Below are positions 52,521 to 63,990 of a DNA stretch of 64,000 bases, one piece after another; position 1 is the first letter of the stretch; the number at the start of each line of letters is the position of its first letter. Where the stretch lies: positions 25,234,001 through 25,298,000 of the forward strand of contig NC_086108.1 in assembly GCF_963921235.1 (NCBI RefSeq), given 5' to 3'. The notes beneath the pieces were generated by a model that was not told where the DNA came from, did not search any database, and worked only from the letters and a program-made list of their open reading frames with translations. A program made the translations under genes and the position numbers. This stretch comes from Mobula hypostoma. Its lineage: Eukaryota.

Positions 52521-55094
52521 ACACAGTATTTTAACTATTTTACAAATATATACTTTAATAATTAGTTTTTATTATTATATATTTACAGCTACTGCAAAGA
52601 CAAAAAAAAATGTCTTGACATATGCCAGTGATATTAAACCTGACTCTGACTCTGAAATTGGGACGAGAATGGAAGTAATAAGCTTGCACAGCTGAGATAG
52701 CAGGGTCTTGATGTAATGAACAGCCTCCTTCTGTATCGTAAGTAATAAGAAAGAAATAGATGCAGAGTGTCAGTGGGGCAGAAATGAATCAGCAGTATAG
52801 TTTGATTTATGGCAAATGATACGACTCAGTGGTGAAAAATGTCATTCTTTTTACTTTGGAAGTAACAAAATAAATCAAAATCCCAAAGTATAATTTTAAT
52901 GGAAAAGATACAGCCATAATTACAAAGTTTCGTAAAAATCCTAAGAAAACCAGTTGGATCCCACAAAGAGAAACACGATATAAAAGCAAAGATCTTAAAT
53001 ATGTGTAACACCTGAATTATGCCTTAGTTTATATACTGTCTTTGCAAACTCCAAACAGGAAAAAAATCCTAAAAGGTACAGAAATGTTTGGCTGCAAGCT
53101 ATGTATTACAATGAGTTGAGGAGAAAATTGAGATTTTTTTTTTAACCCACAGCTGAGAAGTTGAGAAGCATGATAAGAGAGTTCCATGAATTTGAGAGAT
53201 TAAAATAAAATAGTGAACATAGTGTCTCCCCCACTGAACGAGATGTAACAAAAGAACATGTTTAAGATAACTATACTAGAAAAGTCAAAGTAACTTGCAA
53301 ATAAAAGTGCCTCGACTTCCTTAGGTGTTTGCGGAGATTCGGTATGACATCTAAAACTTTGACAAACTTCTGTCGATGTGTAGTGGAGCGTGTATTGACT
53401 GACTGCATCATGGCCTGGTATGGAGACACCAATCCCTTTGAATAGAAAATCTTACAAAAAGGTACTGCATTCGGCTCAGTACATCATGGGTAAAGCCCTC
53501 CCAACCACTGAACACATCTACGTGAAACACTGTCTCAGGAAAGCTGCATCCATCATCAGAGATCCTCGCCTCACAGGCCATGCTCTTTACTCGCTGCTGC
53601 TGTCAGCTAGAAGATACAAGAGCCTCAGGATTCACACCACCAGGTTCAAGACCAGTTACTACCCCACAACAATCAGGCTCTTGAACAAGGAAGTTAACAA
53701 CACTCACTTGCCATCTATTGAGATGTTCCCACAGCCAATTATCTCATTTTAAGGATTCTTTATCTTCTTATTTCATATTTTCATTATTTATTACTATTTC
53801 TTTATATTTGTATTTGCACAGTTTGTTGTCTTTTGCAGTTGATTGATCTTTTATTGATTCTGTTTTAGTTACTATTCTATAGGTTTGCTGAGTATACCCA
53901 CAGGAAAATGAATCTCAGGGTTGTATATGGTGACATATATGTAGTTCTAGGGACTCCAGCTCCGGACTTGTCCTCAGGGTTTACACCCTGTTTGGCATCT
54001 TCTTCGCAGTCATGCTGAAGCACGCCTTTGGAACATCAACTGATGGTGTCTACCTCCACACCAGATCGGATGGGAGGCTGTTCAGTCTGTCTCAGCTAAG
54101 GGTGAAAACTAAGGTTCGTGAAGTACTCATCAGGGACATGTTGTTTGCAGATGATGCAGCACTGGCAACACACTCTGAAGAGCAACTGCAACGCCTCATG
54201 GACAGCTTCTCAAAAGCCTGCCAGGATTTCAGCTTGACCATCAGCCTGAAGAAGGCCAACATGTTGGGCCAAGGCATTGAGCACCCTCCCTGCCATCACC
54301 ATCAACAACTACGAGCTGGAGGTAGTCTACGAGTTTACATACCTTGGCTCCACCATCATGGACAGTCTCTCCCTAGACCCCGAGATCAACAGACGGATAG
54401 GACGAGCAGCCTCAACATTCGCCAGGCTGAGAAAGAGAGTCTGGGAGAACAGAAAGCTGACGACGCACACCAAAGTTGCAGTCTACAGGGCCTGCGTCCT
54501 CAGCACACTGCTTTACGGCAGCGAGACCTGGGGCCTCTACTACAAACAAGAGCGGTGTCTTAACGCCTTCCACCTTCGCAGCTTGAGACGCATCCTGGAC
54601 ATCATGTGGACTGACCGAGTCACTAACAATAAGGGCTTGGCCCATGCCTATATGCCCAGCCTCTTCACCCTGCCCCAACAATGCCGTCTCCGCTGGCTGG
54701 GCCACGTACACCGCATGTCAGACGGGAGGATCCCGAAAGACCTGCTGTACGGGGAACTGGCCTCTGGCAAGAGAGCACAAGGGTGGCCCCATCTTCGTTT
54801 CAAAGACGTTTGCAAGAGAGACATGAAGTCACTGAAAATGAACGTCGAGAGGTGGGAAGACATCGCAAGCGATCGCTCTCACTGGAGGCTGGAACTACTC
54901 AGAGGTTTAAAAAGAGGAGAAGAGAAGCTGAGGCTTGAGAGACTTCCGGTAGCGCTCATGGAGTGAAGTCGCGTTCTTGACTCGCTCCATTACCTCTGAG
55001 TTTTTTTTTCTCTATGGTCAGCTATACTTTAATTAACCATTAAGGCATCAATTTTTACAATACTTTGAATTAAACTGAATTCTCTGACAATTGG

Positions 55095-55994
55095 ATGATA
55101 CTTAGATCTGCTATGTCTAAGAACGGGAAAAACGGCAAGGATGGTAAACCTCCGGTTAAACCGAAAGCTACGGATCTCCCCCCGACTGAATCACCGGTGA
55201 CTTTGAAAGCGATATCGGAGTTAATTCAGAGGGAAATTTCAACCTCTGTTAGGGAGATGATTCGTACGGAAATTGCAGGCTCTGTTAAAGACCTGATTCA
55301 TACGGAAATCTCAACTAATTTCCAGAAAATTGCCGATTTAATTGATAAGATGCAAACATGTATTGCGGAACATCAGTCGGCTATATCTGATCTTCAAAAA
55401 TTCGCACAACAAAGTGAGCTTAAGATGGGGAAAATCGAAGAAACAATTAATGTAATGAAGAAGAAACTTGACTTTTTGACTTTTAAAAACTCTGACTTGG
55501 AATCTAGAATGCGACGGCAGAATTTACGAATGATTGGCGTGAGGGAAGCTGTTGAAGCCAACAACCCCATGAAATATTTCTCTCAACTTTTAAAAGATGC
55601 ATTCCCTACTGTATTTCCTGACCAACCACCGCTACTGGATCGTGTTCACAGAATCCCATCATACTCGTCTAGGTTAGATAGACCTAGGCATGTTATTTTA
55701 CGTTTTCATTATTTTCAAGACAAGGAGAGACTGTTTCGATTCGCTCGATCTAAAGGTTTCATTGATTTTTCGGATCTTAAGTTCCGATTCGTGGAAGATT
55801 TCAGTAAACCAATCTGGGACCAACGGGTCTGTTACAGATCCGTGATGTCGGAATTCTATAAGATGGATTTAAGACCAGCGCTGCTGTACCCTGCACGTCT
55901 AAGGATTCGCATGTTAGATGGAGCCCTTCGTTTTTTTGATTCTCCATCGGATGCCCAGAGTTATCTGGATCAACTTTCATCTTCAACATCTTAA
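55095..55994 (+). CDS. L1 ORF1p (coiled coil, RRM, CTD), 299 aa
   Basis: Heptad-rich N-half; LESRMRRQNLRMIGVRE; DRVHRI...PRHVILRF; LLYPARLRI. Confidence 0.92.
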   Translation: MILRSAMSKNGKNGKDGKPPVKPKATDLPPTESPVTLKAISELIQREISTSVREMIRTEIAGSVKDLIHTEISTNFQKIADLIDKMQTCIAEHQSAISDLQKFAQQSELKMGKIEETINVMKKKLDFLTFKNSDLESRMRRQNLRMIGVREAVEANNPMKYFSQLLKDAFPTVFPDQPPLLDRVHRIPSYSSRLDRPRHVILRFHYFQDKERLFRFARSKGFIDFSDLKFRFVEDFSKPIWDQRVCYRSVMSEFYKMDLRPALLYPARLRIRMLDGALRFFDSPSDAQSYLDQLSSSTS

Positions 55995-56713
55995 TTGCCT
56001 TTTTTTAATTATCTCCGTTGATCGGAGGCTGTGAATTGGTTGGTTTTAACTTTTCTGTGCCCTATTTGGGCAGAAAAGTTTACTTTTGATTTCTTAATAT
56101 GGCTGCTAAACTTTCTTTTTAACTGCGTCATTTCTTTCTTTTCCCAGGGGATTCTGGGTGGTTACTTCCCTTTTGTCATCTTACGTATTTCCTGTGCGGC
56201 CTTAAATTTTGTAGTTTTTTTTTAAATTTTATTCTGTTTTGCTTTTTATAATCACTTTATGTTAATAATCCTATTTTTTTTTGTTGCTGTGTCTATTCAT
56301 GAGTTTGAGGTTTATTGTGGGTTTTTTTTAATATATATTTTCCGGCTTTTGTTCTGTTCTGTGTGTATTTTAATTGAGCTAACTTTTTTTTACTTATTTT
56401 TTTACTGTTTTACAATTAGCTGATCCTTTTCATATTTATACCTTTTTTTTAGGGAGCGTATACCGGAAGTCATGGGGGTAGTTTTAGCGCTTGCTTCTTT
56501 CTGGCGGGTCTGCTTTAGATTTTGCCTTGAGGTCTTGGGGTGGGGGGTGGTGGGAGGGGCTTCACGTTTTAGTTTGTTTCTCTTTGGGCTATATACATTA
56601 TTGAAGTACTGGTTGCGTCCTTTTCCCCGGTATCTTTTGTATGTTCTGTTTCCTCTCCGGGTTTGTGGGTCGCGCCTATTGTCAATCCTCCTTGTGGGTT
56701 GACTTTAGGATTT

Positions 56714-59700
56714 ATGGAGTCTATTATTAATTTTGTCTCCTGGAATACTAATGGTCTTAATCATCCTATTAAAAGGAAAAAAGTTTTTAAAGTGTTCCGG
56801 AGACTTAAAGCACAAATTTTATTTTTACAAGAGACCCATGTACGGAGGGGGGACAGACTATGTTTTTTCAAATTCTGGAAGGGTCAACAATTTCATTCGA
56901 ACTCCAATGCTAAGATTCGAGGCGTCTCTATTTTTATAGATTCCTCAGTTACTTTTATACAACAGGATATTATCTCTGATCCGAATGGTAGATTTTTATT
57001 GGTTAGTGGTTTACTATTTAATAAAAAAGTAGTTTTGGTTAATGTTTATGCTCCTAATATGGATTGTCCGGAATTTTATAAATCATTGTTTGATCAGTTT
57101 CCGAATTTGAACGAGTTTTCATTGATTTGGGGCGGAGATCTTAATACCTGTTTATCTCCAGCTTTGGACCATTCGGCTCCTTTACGGACTTTACCTAATA
57201 AATCTGCAAATTTGATTAATTTTTTCCTTTCTGATTCTGGGTCGATGGACATTTGGCGTTTTCTGCATCCTCAGGAAAAAGATTTTTCCTTCTTTTCACA
57301 TGTTCATCATTCCTATTCAAGAATTGATTATTTTTTCATTGATTCTCGTCTCATTCCTTCAGTGATTAAATGTGATTATGATTCTATAACCATTTTGGAT
57401 CATGCTCCACTTAAGCTTTCTATTAAAATTATGGCCAATATACCAAACAATAGACAATGGCGTTTTAATTCGCTGTTGCTTCAGGACTCGGACTTTGTTA
57501 ATTTTATGAATGAACAGATTGAGCTTTTTTTTACAATTAACCATACAGAAGATATTTCGGTTAACACTCTTTGGGACACTTTTAAAGCCTATATTCGGGG
57601 TCAGATTATTTCGTATTCCGTTGCTTTGAGGAAGAAACAGAAGCAGGAGGAGATGGTAATTGTGGACAAGATTAAAGAAATTGATAAGAAATATGTTATG
57701 GCTCCTTCTGAGGAGCTATACAAACAAAGAACTGAACTTCAAATGGAACACAGTTTACTACTCTCGTCCTCGATTGTAAACCAATTAAAGAAAACAAGAA
57801 GTGATTTTAATGTTCACAGTGATAAAATTGGCAAGCTGCTGGCTAATCAATTGAAATCTAATTATGTTAAATCTCAAATCAATCAGATTTATAACCAAAA
57901 TGATCGATTGATATTGGATCATGTGGGGATTAATCAAACCTTTTGTGATTTTTATTCTTCTTTATATCAATCAGAGTCTCCTCGAGATTCTAAATATATG
58001 AATGATTTTTTAGATAAGTTAGACTTCCCTCAGATTTCACAGGATATGTCTTCTTTATTAGATACTTCCATTACAATGGATGAGATTAAGAATGTTATTT
58101 TTTCTATGAATCTGGGGAAAGCTCCTGGCCATGATGGGTTTACCGTTGAATTTTATAAATGTTTTGCTTCTTTATTGATTCCTTGGCTCTATAAGGTTTT
58201 TGAGGCTTCTTTGAAACTTGGTAAACTTCCGGAATCTTTTAATAGAGCATCAATTTCTTTAATACTAAAGAAGGATAAAGACCCTGCTCAATGTGCATCT
58301 TATAGACCAATATCTTTATTAAATGTTGATTCTAAAGTTTTTTCTAAGTTATTAGCAAATAGACTAGAAAAAGTACTTCCTTCTATTATTTCGGAAGACC
58401 AAACGGGTTTTATTAAAGGTCGTTACTCTTTTTATAATATTCGTACATTGTTAAATATTGTTTATACTCCCTCACAAAATGTTCCTGAGTGTGTTATTTC
58501 TTTAGATGCCGAGAAAGCTTTTGATAGAGTAGAATGGCCTTATTTATTTAAGGTGCTTGAAATGTTTAATTTTAGCTTGAAATTTATATCCTGGATTAAA
58601 CTGTTATATCACTCCCCTGTAGCCTCGGTTCGTACTAACTCTTTAAACTCACCTTTTTTTCCTCTCTTTCGTGGTACTCGACAAGGCTGTCCTCTTAGTC
58701 CCCTATTATTTGATATTGCATTAGAACCTCTTGCAATTGCTATTCGAGAATCTTCAAATATTACTGGGATAACTCGGGTATTAAAGTCCCATAAATTATC
58801 ACTCTATGCTGATGATTTACTTTTATATATTTCTAATCCTGAGAGATCCATTCCTGCTGTTTTAGAGTTATTAGCACAATTTGGTCTTTTCTCAGGTTAT
58901 AAATTAAATCTTAGTAAGAGTGAACTTTTTCCGATTAATAAACATCTTCCCTTATATTATAAATTTCCATTTAAATTGATTAATAATTACTTTTCATATC
59001 TTGGGATTAAAATTACTTGTAAACATAAAGATTTATTTAAGACTAACTTTTTACCATTAATAGACCATATTACTCAACTTTCATCTAAATGGTTTCCCTT
59101 ATATTTAACTTTGATTGGTCGTATTAATGCAGTTAAGATGTTTTTTTTGCCAAAATTTTTATATGTGTTTCAGGCATTACCAATTTTCGTTCCTAAATCT
59201 TTTTTTGATAAAGTTGACTCTAAAATTTCTTCATTTATTTGGCAGAATAAGAATCCGAGACTGGGTAAAATACATTTACAGAAAGCTAAGAGAGATGGAG
59301 GTTTAGCATTACCTAACTTTAGATTTTATTATTGGGCTATTAATATTCGACATATGAAATTTTGGTTACTTGACCGGGACATACTATCTATTCCTAAATG
59401 GGTAGCATTGGAATTACAATCTGTTCAGGGTTATACACTTGGTTCTATTTTAGGTTCCTCTCTTCCTTTTGATTCGAAACGCCTTAAGCAGGTCTCTAAC
59501 CCGATAGTTAAATATGCTTTGCGCATTTGGTTTCAATTCAGAAAATTTTTTGATCTTAATCAATTCGGGTTAGCGATTCCTATTTTAGGTAACATATTTT
59601 TTCCTCCCTCTTTTACGGATCGCGCTTTTCAAACTTGGAAGACTAAGGGTATTTTACGGTTTTTGGATTTATTTTTAGATGGTTCCCTTATGTCTTTTGA

Positions 59701-60490
59701 ACAATTATCTAATAAATATAAGTTATCAAGAATACATTTTTTTAGATATTTACAAGTTAGAAATTTCCTAAGTACTATACTTTCTTCCTTTCCAATGCTT
59801 CCTCCTATATATATTTTAGATTCGATAATTAACCTTAATCCATGTCAGAAAGGTGCATCGGCTATGATTTATAATATTATTATGAAACTTAGGAAAGCTC
59901 CATTTGATAAGATTAGGGTAGATTGGGAACAGGAATTGGGGCTTACCATTTCTGTGGATGATTGGGGGCAGATTTTACAATTAGTTAATACTTCCTCTAT
60001 TTGTGCTAAACATTCCCTAATTCAATTTAAAGTGGTTCATAGAGCGCATATGTCCAAAGATAAGTTAGCGCGTTTTTACTCGCATATTAATCCTTTCTGT
60101 GATAGATGTTCGGGGCAGATAGCCTCTTTAACTCATATGTTTTGGTCTTGCCCTACTTTGGAAACTTTTTGGAGAGATATTTTCAATATTATTTCTAAGG
60201 TATTAAATATAGATATCTCTCCTCACCCTATTACTGCTATCTTTGGACTACCTAAAATTTCTAGTAATCTTTCCCCTTCAGCCCGTAGAATGATTGCATT
60301 TCTTACTTTAATGGCGAAAAGATGTATTTTACAACATTGGAAAGAGCTTAATGCTCCAACTACCTTTTTTTGGTTTTCTCAGACGATTTTATGTTTGAAT
60401 TTGGAGAAAATTAGAAGTAACCTTTATGATTCTTCATTTAAATTTGAACAGATTTGGGGACCTTTTATTCGATATTTTCATTTAATGTAA
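56714..60490 (+). CDS. L1 ORF2p (APE endonuclease, reverse transcriptase, CCHC), 1258 aa from the ATG at 56714
   Basis: SWNTNGL, LQETH, GGDLN, SRIDY, LDH; YRPISLLNVD, DAEKAFDRV, GTRQGCPLSPLLF, LYADD, YLGI; CDRC...HMFWSC. No internal stop. Confidence 0.96.
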   Translation: MESIINFVSWNTNGLNHPIKRKKVFKVFRRLKAQILFLQETHVRRGDRLCFFKFWKGQQFHSNSNAKIRGVSIFIDSSVTFIQQDIISDPNGRFLLVSGLLFNKKVVLVNVYAPNMDCPEFYKSLFDQFPNLNEFSLIWGGDLNTCLSPALDHSAPLRTLPNKSANLINFFLSDSGSMDIWRFLHPQEKDFSFFSHVHHSYSRIDYFFIDSRLIPSVIKCDYDSITILDHAPLKLSIKIMANIPNNRQWRFNSLLLQDSDFVNFMNEQIELFFTINHTEDISVNTLWDTFKAYIRGQIISYSVALRKKQKQEEMVIVDKIKEIDKKYVMAPSEELYKQRTELQMEHSLLLSSSIVNQLKKTRSDFNVHSDKIGKLLANQLKSNYVKSQINQIYNQNDRLILDHVGINQTFCDFYSSLYQSESPRDSKYMNDFLDKLDFPQISQDMSSLLDTSITMDEIKNVIFSMNLGKAPGHDGFTVEFYKCFASLLIPWLYKVFEASLKLGKLPESFNRASISLILKKDKDPAQCASYRPISLLNVDSKVFSKLLANRLEKVLPSIISEDQTGFIKGRYSFYNIRTLLNIVYTPSQNVPECVISLDAEKAFDRVEWPYLFKVLEMFNFSLKFISWIKLLYHSPVASVRTNSLNSPFFPLFRGTRQGCPLSPLLFDIALEPLAIAIRESSNITGITRVLKSHKLSLYADDLLLYISNPERSIPAVLELLAQFGLFSGYKLNLSKSELFPINKHLPLYYKFPFKLINNYFSYLGIKITCKHKDLFKTNFLPLIDHITQLSSKWFPLYLTLIGRINAVKMFFLPKFLYVFQALPIFVPKSFFDKVDSKISSFIWQNKNPRLGKIHLQKAKRDGGLALPNFRFYYWAINIRHMKFWLLDRDILSIPKWVALELQSVQGYTLGSILGSSLPFDSKRLKQVSNPIVKYALRIWFQFRKFFDLNQFGLAIPILGNIFFPPSFTDRAFQTWKTKGILRFLDLFLDGSLMSFEQLSNKYKLSRIHFFRYLQVRNFLSTILSSFPMLPPIYILDSIINLNPCQKGASAMIYNIIMKLRKAPFDKIRVDWEQELGLTISVDDWGQILQLVNTSSICAKHSLIQFKVVHRAHMSKDKLARFYSHINPFCDRCSGQIASLTHMFWSCPTLETFWRDIFNIISKVLNIDISPHPITAIFGLPKISSNLSPSARRMIAFLTLMAKRCILQHWKELNAPTTFFWFSQTILCLNLEKIRSNLYDSSFKFEQIWGPFIRYFHLM

Positions 60491-62550
60491 TATTTACCCT
60501 TCTTGTTTTTTTTTCACTGTTTTAATGGAGGTAGGGATTGAGGACGTGATTTTAAGTTTAACTCTGTTTGGTTTCAAGTTAGCCCATTGCTTTGCCTTGC
60601 TTTTAGTTAGCTGCACGGTGGGTTTTTTTTTGGGGGTTTTTTTCTCTTTTTTTCCCATTGATATATATAAAATTTAGTATACTATTATGTTATCTTGGTT
60701 TCTTATGCTTAAATTACATTGTTTGTAGTATTTTCTTTTTGGTATTGTTATCTTTTGGAATTTTATTATACTTTAACATTGTATTAATGTTTATATGGCT
60801 TACCTTTTTTGTATACTTACTCAATAAAAAGATTTAAAAAGAAAGAGAAGCTGAGGCTTGCTGCTGAAGAAAAGCGCACTCGTCAGAAAAACAGCACCAA
60901 GACAACACTGGAGGACAGCGCCTTCAAGTGCAGTCACTGCAGCCGAGACTGTCACTCTCGTGTGGGCCTCTGCAGCCATAACAGACACTGCTCTAACACA
61001 GACTGAAGCAAGACCTTCCAGACGCAGATCCATGGTCTCGCGAGACTAACGGATGCTACCACCATATATGTAGTTTGATAATAAAACTTACCTTGAACTT
61101 TGAAGTTATGGGGAACAGACTGCCATAGATTATATGGTTAGAAAGCCATTAAGATTCTATGATGGAGATAGACATCACTATCCACTTAGGTGCGATGAAG
61201 TACAGAATATATTTAGCCATATTATATTCTGTAAGGATTAAGGACTGAGTGACACAGTTGTCACTATAACCAACATGTGCAGCATGTATTCTGGTGAGCT
61301 GTCAAGTAATAAAATAATTTCTCTATTCAGCACATAAACATAACTTGAACTTTCATTACTGCAACTTAATTTGCAAATGATTGAATTATTAGATTGCTCG
61401 GTGACAGGTATACGTAGAGAAGCTCGAAGTACCACAGCAATTAATTCAATATCATGATAGGACACTGGTTAATTGGAGACTTCAAGCAGTGGTTCTTCTG
61501 GTTTCTACCATCAGAACCAGAAAGTGTGAAAATGTTACATAGAGCAAAACGAATCAATCCACATGACGGTGACTTTCAGAACAAGAGAGTCCATCCACAT
61601 TCGGCAAACTATGCTATCAAGATTACTCTGAAATGATCAAACTACCTTGTTCGACGAACAATTTTTTTGCTTCCTTCATTTAAACATTACATTGTTTATT
61701 CAGTTGAATCTTTATCTTTTCTTCCAGACTTATCACTTTGCTGTCGTGAGTTTCTCATAGTGTGCTCTTTTCCATGAAGATACAAGTAAATTCCTTGAAG
61801 ATACAAATAAATTTCTGTTATGTACATTGGGTTATCTATTTTCTGATTAAATTAATTTTTCTTCCTGATAAAACTAATAGCATACCTTCCATGAATAAGT
61901 TAGCACTTCCGCTGGCTGGCTCCTCTATTGCCCAGTCGAGTTAATACATGTCGCTGGGTACTGATCAATGCAACAGGATTTTACATGTGCAGATTTAACA
62001 CTTGCAAGCTTCTTGAAATTAATGAGCTAGAGATGAAAGCCCAGAGTATATCTCACAATTTCAGGGCACTGTTGAATATACTTGGAAAAATAATGTGTAA
62101 ATTACAATGATACTATAGTCATGCTTTTGGCTGGAGTTATCCACTGAAGCTGTTTTTTTTTTAAGTTATTCATCTTTCAGGATCTGGGCACATTTGCCAA
62201 GGCCTGTATCGACATATCATTCTACTTACCAACTTCTTATAGAGATTTTTGGGTTTAGGTCATTTACATTTAGCAAATGGATTTGGCTACCAGTCTTCTG
62301 TTCCTTGACAACGTACTGTGGATTTAATTTGGAACAATGCATTCCTAAGAGCTGTGAATCCCAGTCCAGACGATGCTGGTGTCTGTGGGATGGATGCAAA
62401 TCAGAAGGTGTGAAGTTTGTATGTAGTTTCAAAAGAAAGCACTGTCTATACTTTGTAAATATGAAATTGTCCTTTGTGTTTAGTACATAAATATCGAGCC
62501 CCGCCTTGGGCCAGCAGACCTTTCCACCGAAAGTGTCTCCATATGATACC

Positions 62551-63720
62551 CCTTACCTTAAAGCCGTGTCCTCTTGTATTGAGCAGTGGTGCCCTGGGGA
62601 AGAGGCACTGGCTGTCCACTCTATCTATTCCTCTTATTATCTTGTACACCTCTATCATGTCTCCTGCCATCCTCCTCCTCTCCAAAGAGTAAAGCCCTCA
62701 CTCCTTTAATCTCTGATCATAAGGCTTACTCTCTAAACCAGGCAGCATCCTGGTAAATCTCCTCTGTACCCTTTCCAATGCTTCCACATCCTTCCTATAG
62801 TGACGCGACCAGAACTGGACACAATACTCCAAGTGTGGCCTAACCAGAGTTTTACAGAGCTGCATCATTACCTCGCGACTCTTAAACTCTATCCCTCGAC
62901 ATATGAAAGCTAACACCCCATAAGCTTTCTTAGCTACCCTATCTACCTGTGAGGCAACTTTCAGGGATCTGTGGACATGTACCCCCAGATCCCTATGCTC
63001 CTCCACACTACCAAGCATCCTGCCATTTACTTTGTACTCTGCCTTGGAGTTTGTCCTTCCAAAGTGTACCACCTCACACTTCTCCGGGTTGAACTCCATC
63101 TGCCACTTTTCAGCCCACTTCTGCATCCTATCAATGTCTCTCTGCAATCTTTGACAATCCTCTACACTATCTACAACACCACCAACCTTTGTGTCATCTG
63201 CAAACTTGCCAACCCACCCTTCTACCCCCACATCCAGGTCACTAATAAAAATCATGAAAAGTAGAGGTTCCAGAACTGATCCTTGTGGGATACCACTAGT
63301 CACAACCCTCCAATCTGAATGTACTCCCTCCACCACAACCCTCTACCTTCTGCAGGCAAGCCAATTCTGAATCCACCTGGCCAAACTTCCCTGGATCCCA
63401 TGCCTTCTGACTTTCTGAATAAGCCTACAGTGTGGAATCTTGTCAAATGCCTTACTAAAATCCATATAGATCACATCTACTGCACTACCCTCATCTATAT
63501 GCCTGGTCACCTCCTCAAAGAACTCTATCAGGAGTGTTAGACACGATCTGCCCTTCACAATGCCATGCTGACTGTCCCTGATCAGATCATGATTCTCTAA
63601 ATGCCTATAGATCCTATCTCTAAGAATCTTTTCCAACAGCTTTCCCACCACAGACGTAAGGCTCACAGGTCTATAATTACCCAGACTATCCCCACTATCT
63701 TTTTTGAACAAGGGGACAAC
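62551..63720 (-). mobile_element. CR1 RT fragment lacking its 3' UTR
   Basis: NYRPVSLTSVVGK, YMDFSKAFDK, GIPQGSVL, KFADDTKVGG, RPHLEYCVQFWS. Confidence 0.92.
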
Positions 63721-63990
63721 ATAGAGTGGATAGTTGGTATCTTATTCTTTGGGTAGAAACGTGTAATACTAGAGAGCAAGCATTTAAGGTGAAAGGGAAT
63801 AAGTTCAAATGTAATGAGTGGAGCAAGTTTTTTTTTAAACACAGAGTGTTGGGTACTGTAGAGTGTGATGGTGGAAGCAGATACCAAAGAGGTGGGCAGG
63901 CACACAAATATGCAGAGGTTGGAGGGATTTGGGCCATATTCAAGTGGAAGAGATTTAGCAGCATCGGCTTAATTCATTTGGCATAATATT
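63721..63990 (+). mobile_element. Old CR1 3' UTR fragment
   Basis: CATTTAAGGTGAAAGGGAATAAGTTCAAA...ACACAGAGTG, similar to other CR1 3' ends in the window. Confidence 0.55.

Larger units (their letters stand above)
45540..52655 (+). mobile_element. Rex1 fragment (45540-46489 and 52214-52655) split by CR1, PLE and Hero-like insertions
   Basis: WIFDFL, QGCVLSPLLHS, IADDTTVV, FKFLG. CTCAGTGAT (46481-46489) and CTCACTGAT (52214-52222) flank the CR1. Tail AAACCTGACTCTGACTCTGA. Confidence 0.75.
54938..60842 (+). mobile_element. Full-length L1-clade LINE (~5.9 kb) with two open ORFs
   Basis: Exact 18-bp TSD AAGAGAAGCTGAGGCTTG at 54920-54937 and 60843-60860. 5' GACTTCCGGT. AATAAA at 60823-60828, then an A-rich end. 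Confidence 0.97.
53947..61062 (+). mobile_element. 5'-truncated RTE-clade LINE, split by the L1
   Basis: DMLFADDAAL, FTYLGS, LLYGSETW, RLRWLGHVHRM, RIPKDLLYGEL. The frame continues after the L1 as EKLRLAAEEKR...CSHCSRDCHSRVGLCSHNRHC*. Exact 13-bp TSD CATATATGTAGTT at 53934-53946 and 61063-61075. Confidence 0.93.
53310..61104 (+). mobile_element. Rex1 3' fragment (53310-53946 and 61063-61104) split by RTE and L1
   Basis: CIMAWYG, KAASIIRDP, 3' UTR. The tail TGATAATAAAACTTACCTTGAACTTTGAA resumes at 61076. Confidence 0.88.

Noticed and set aside
56663..56713. Extended ORF2 N-terminus from the ORF track
   Set aside because: It uses a non-ATG start; the ATG at 56714 directly precedes the conserved SWN endonuclease motif.
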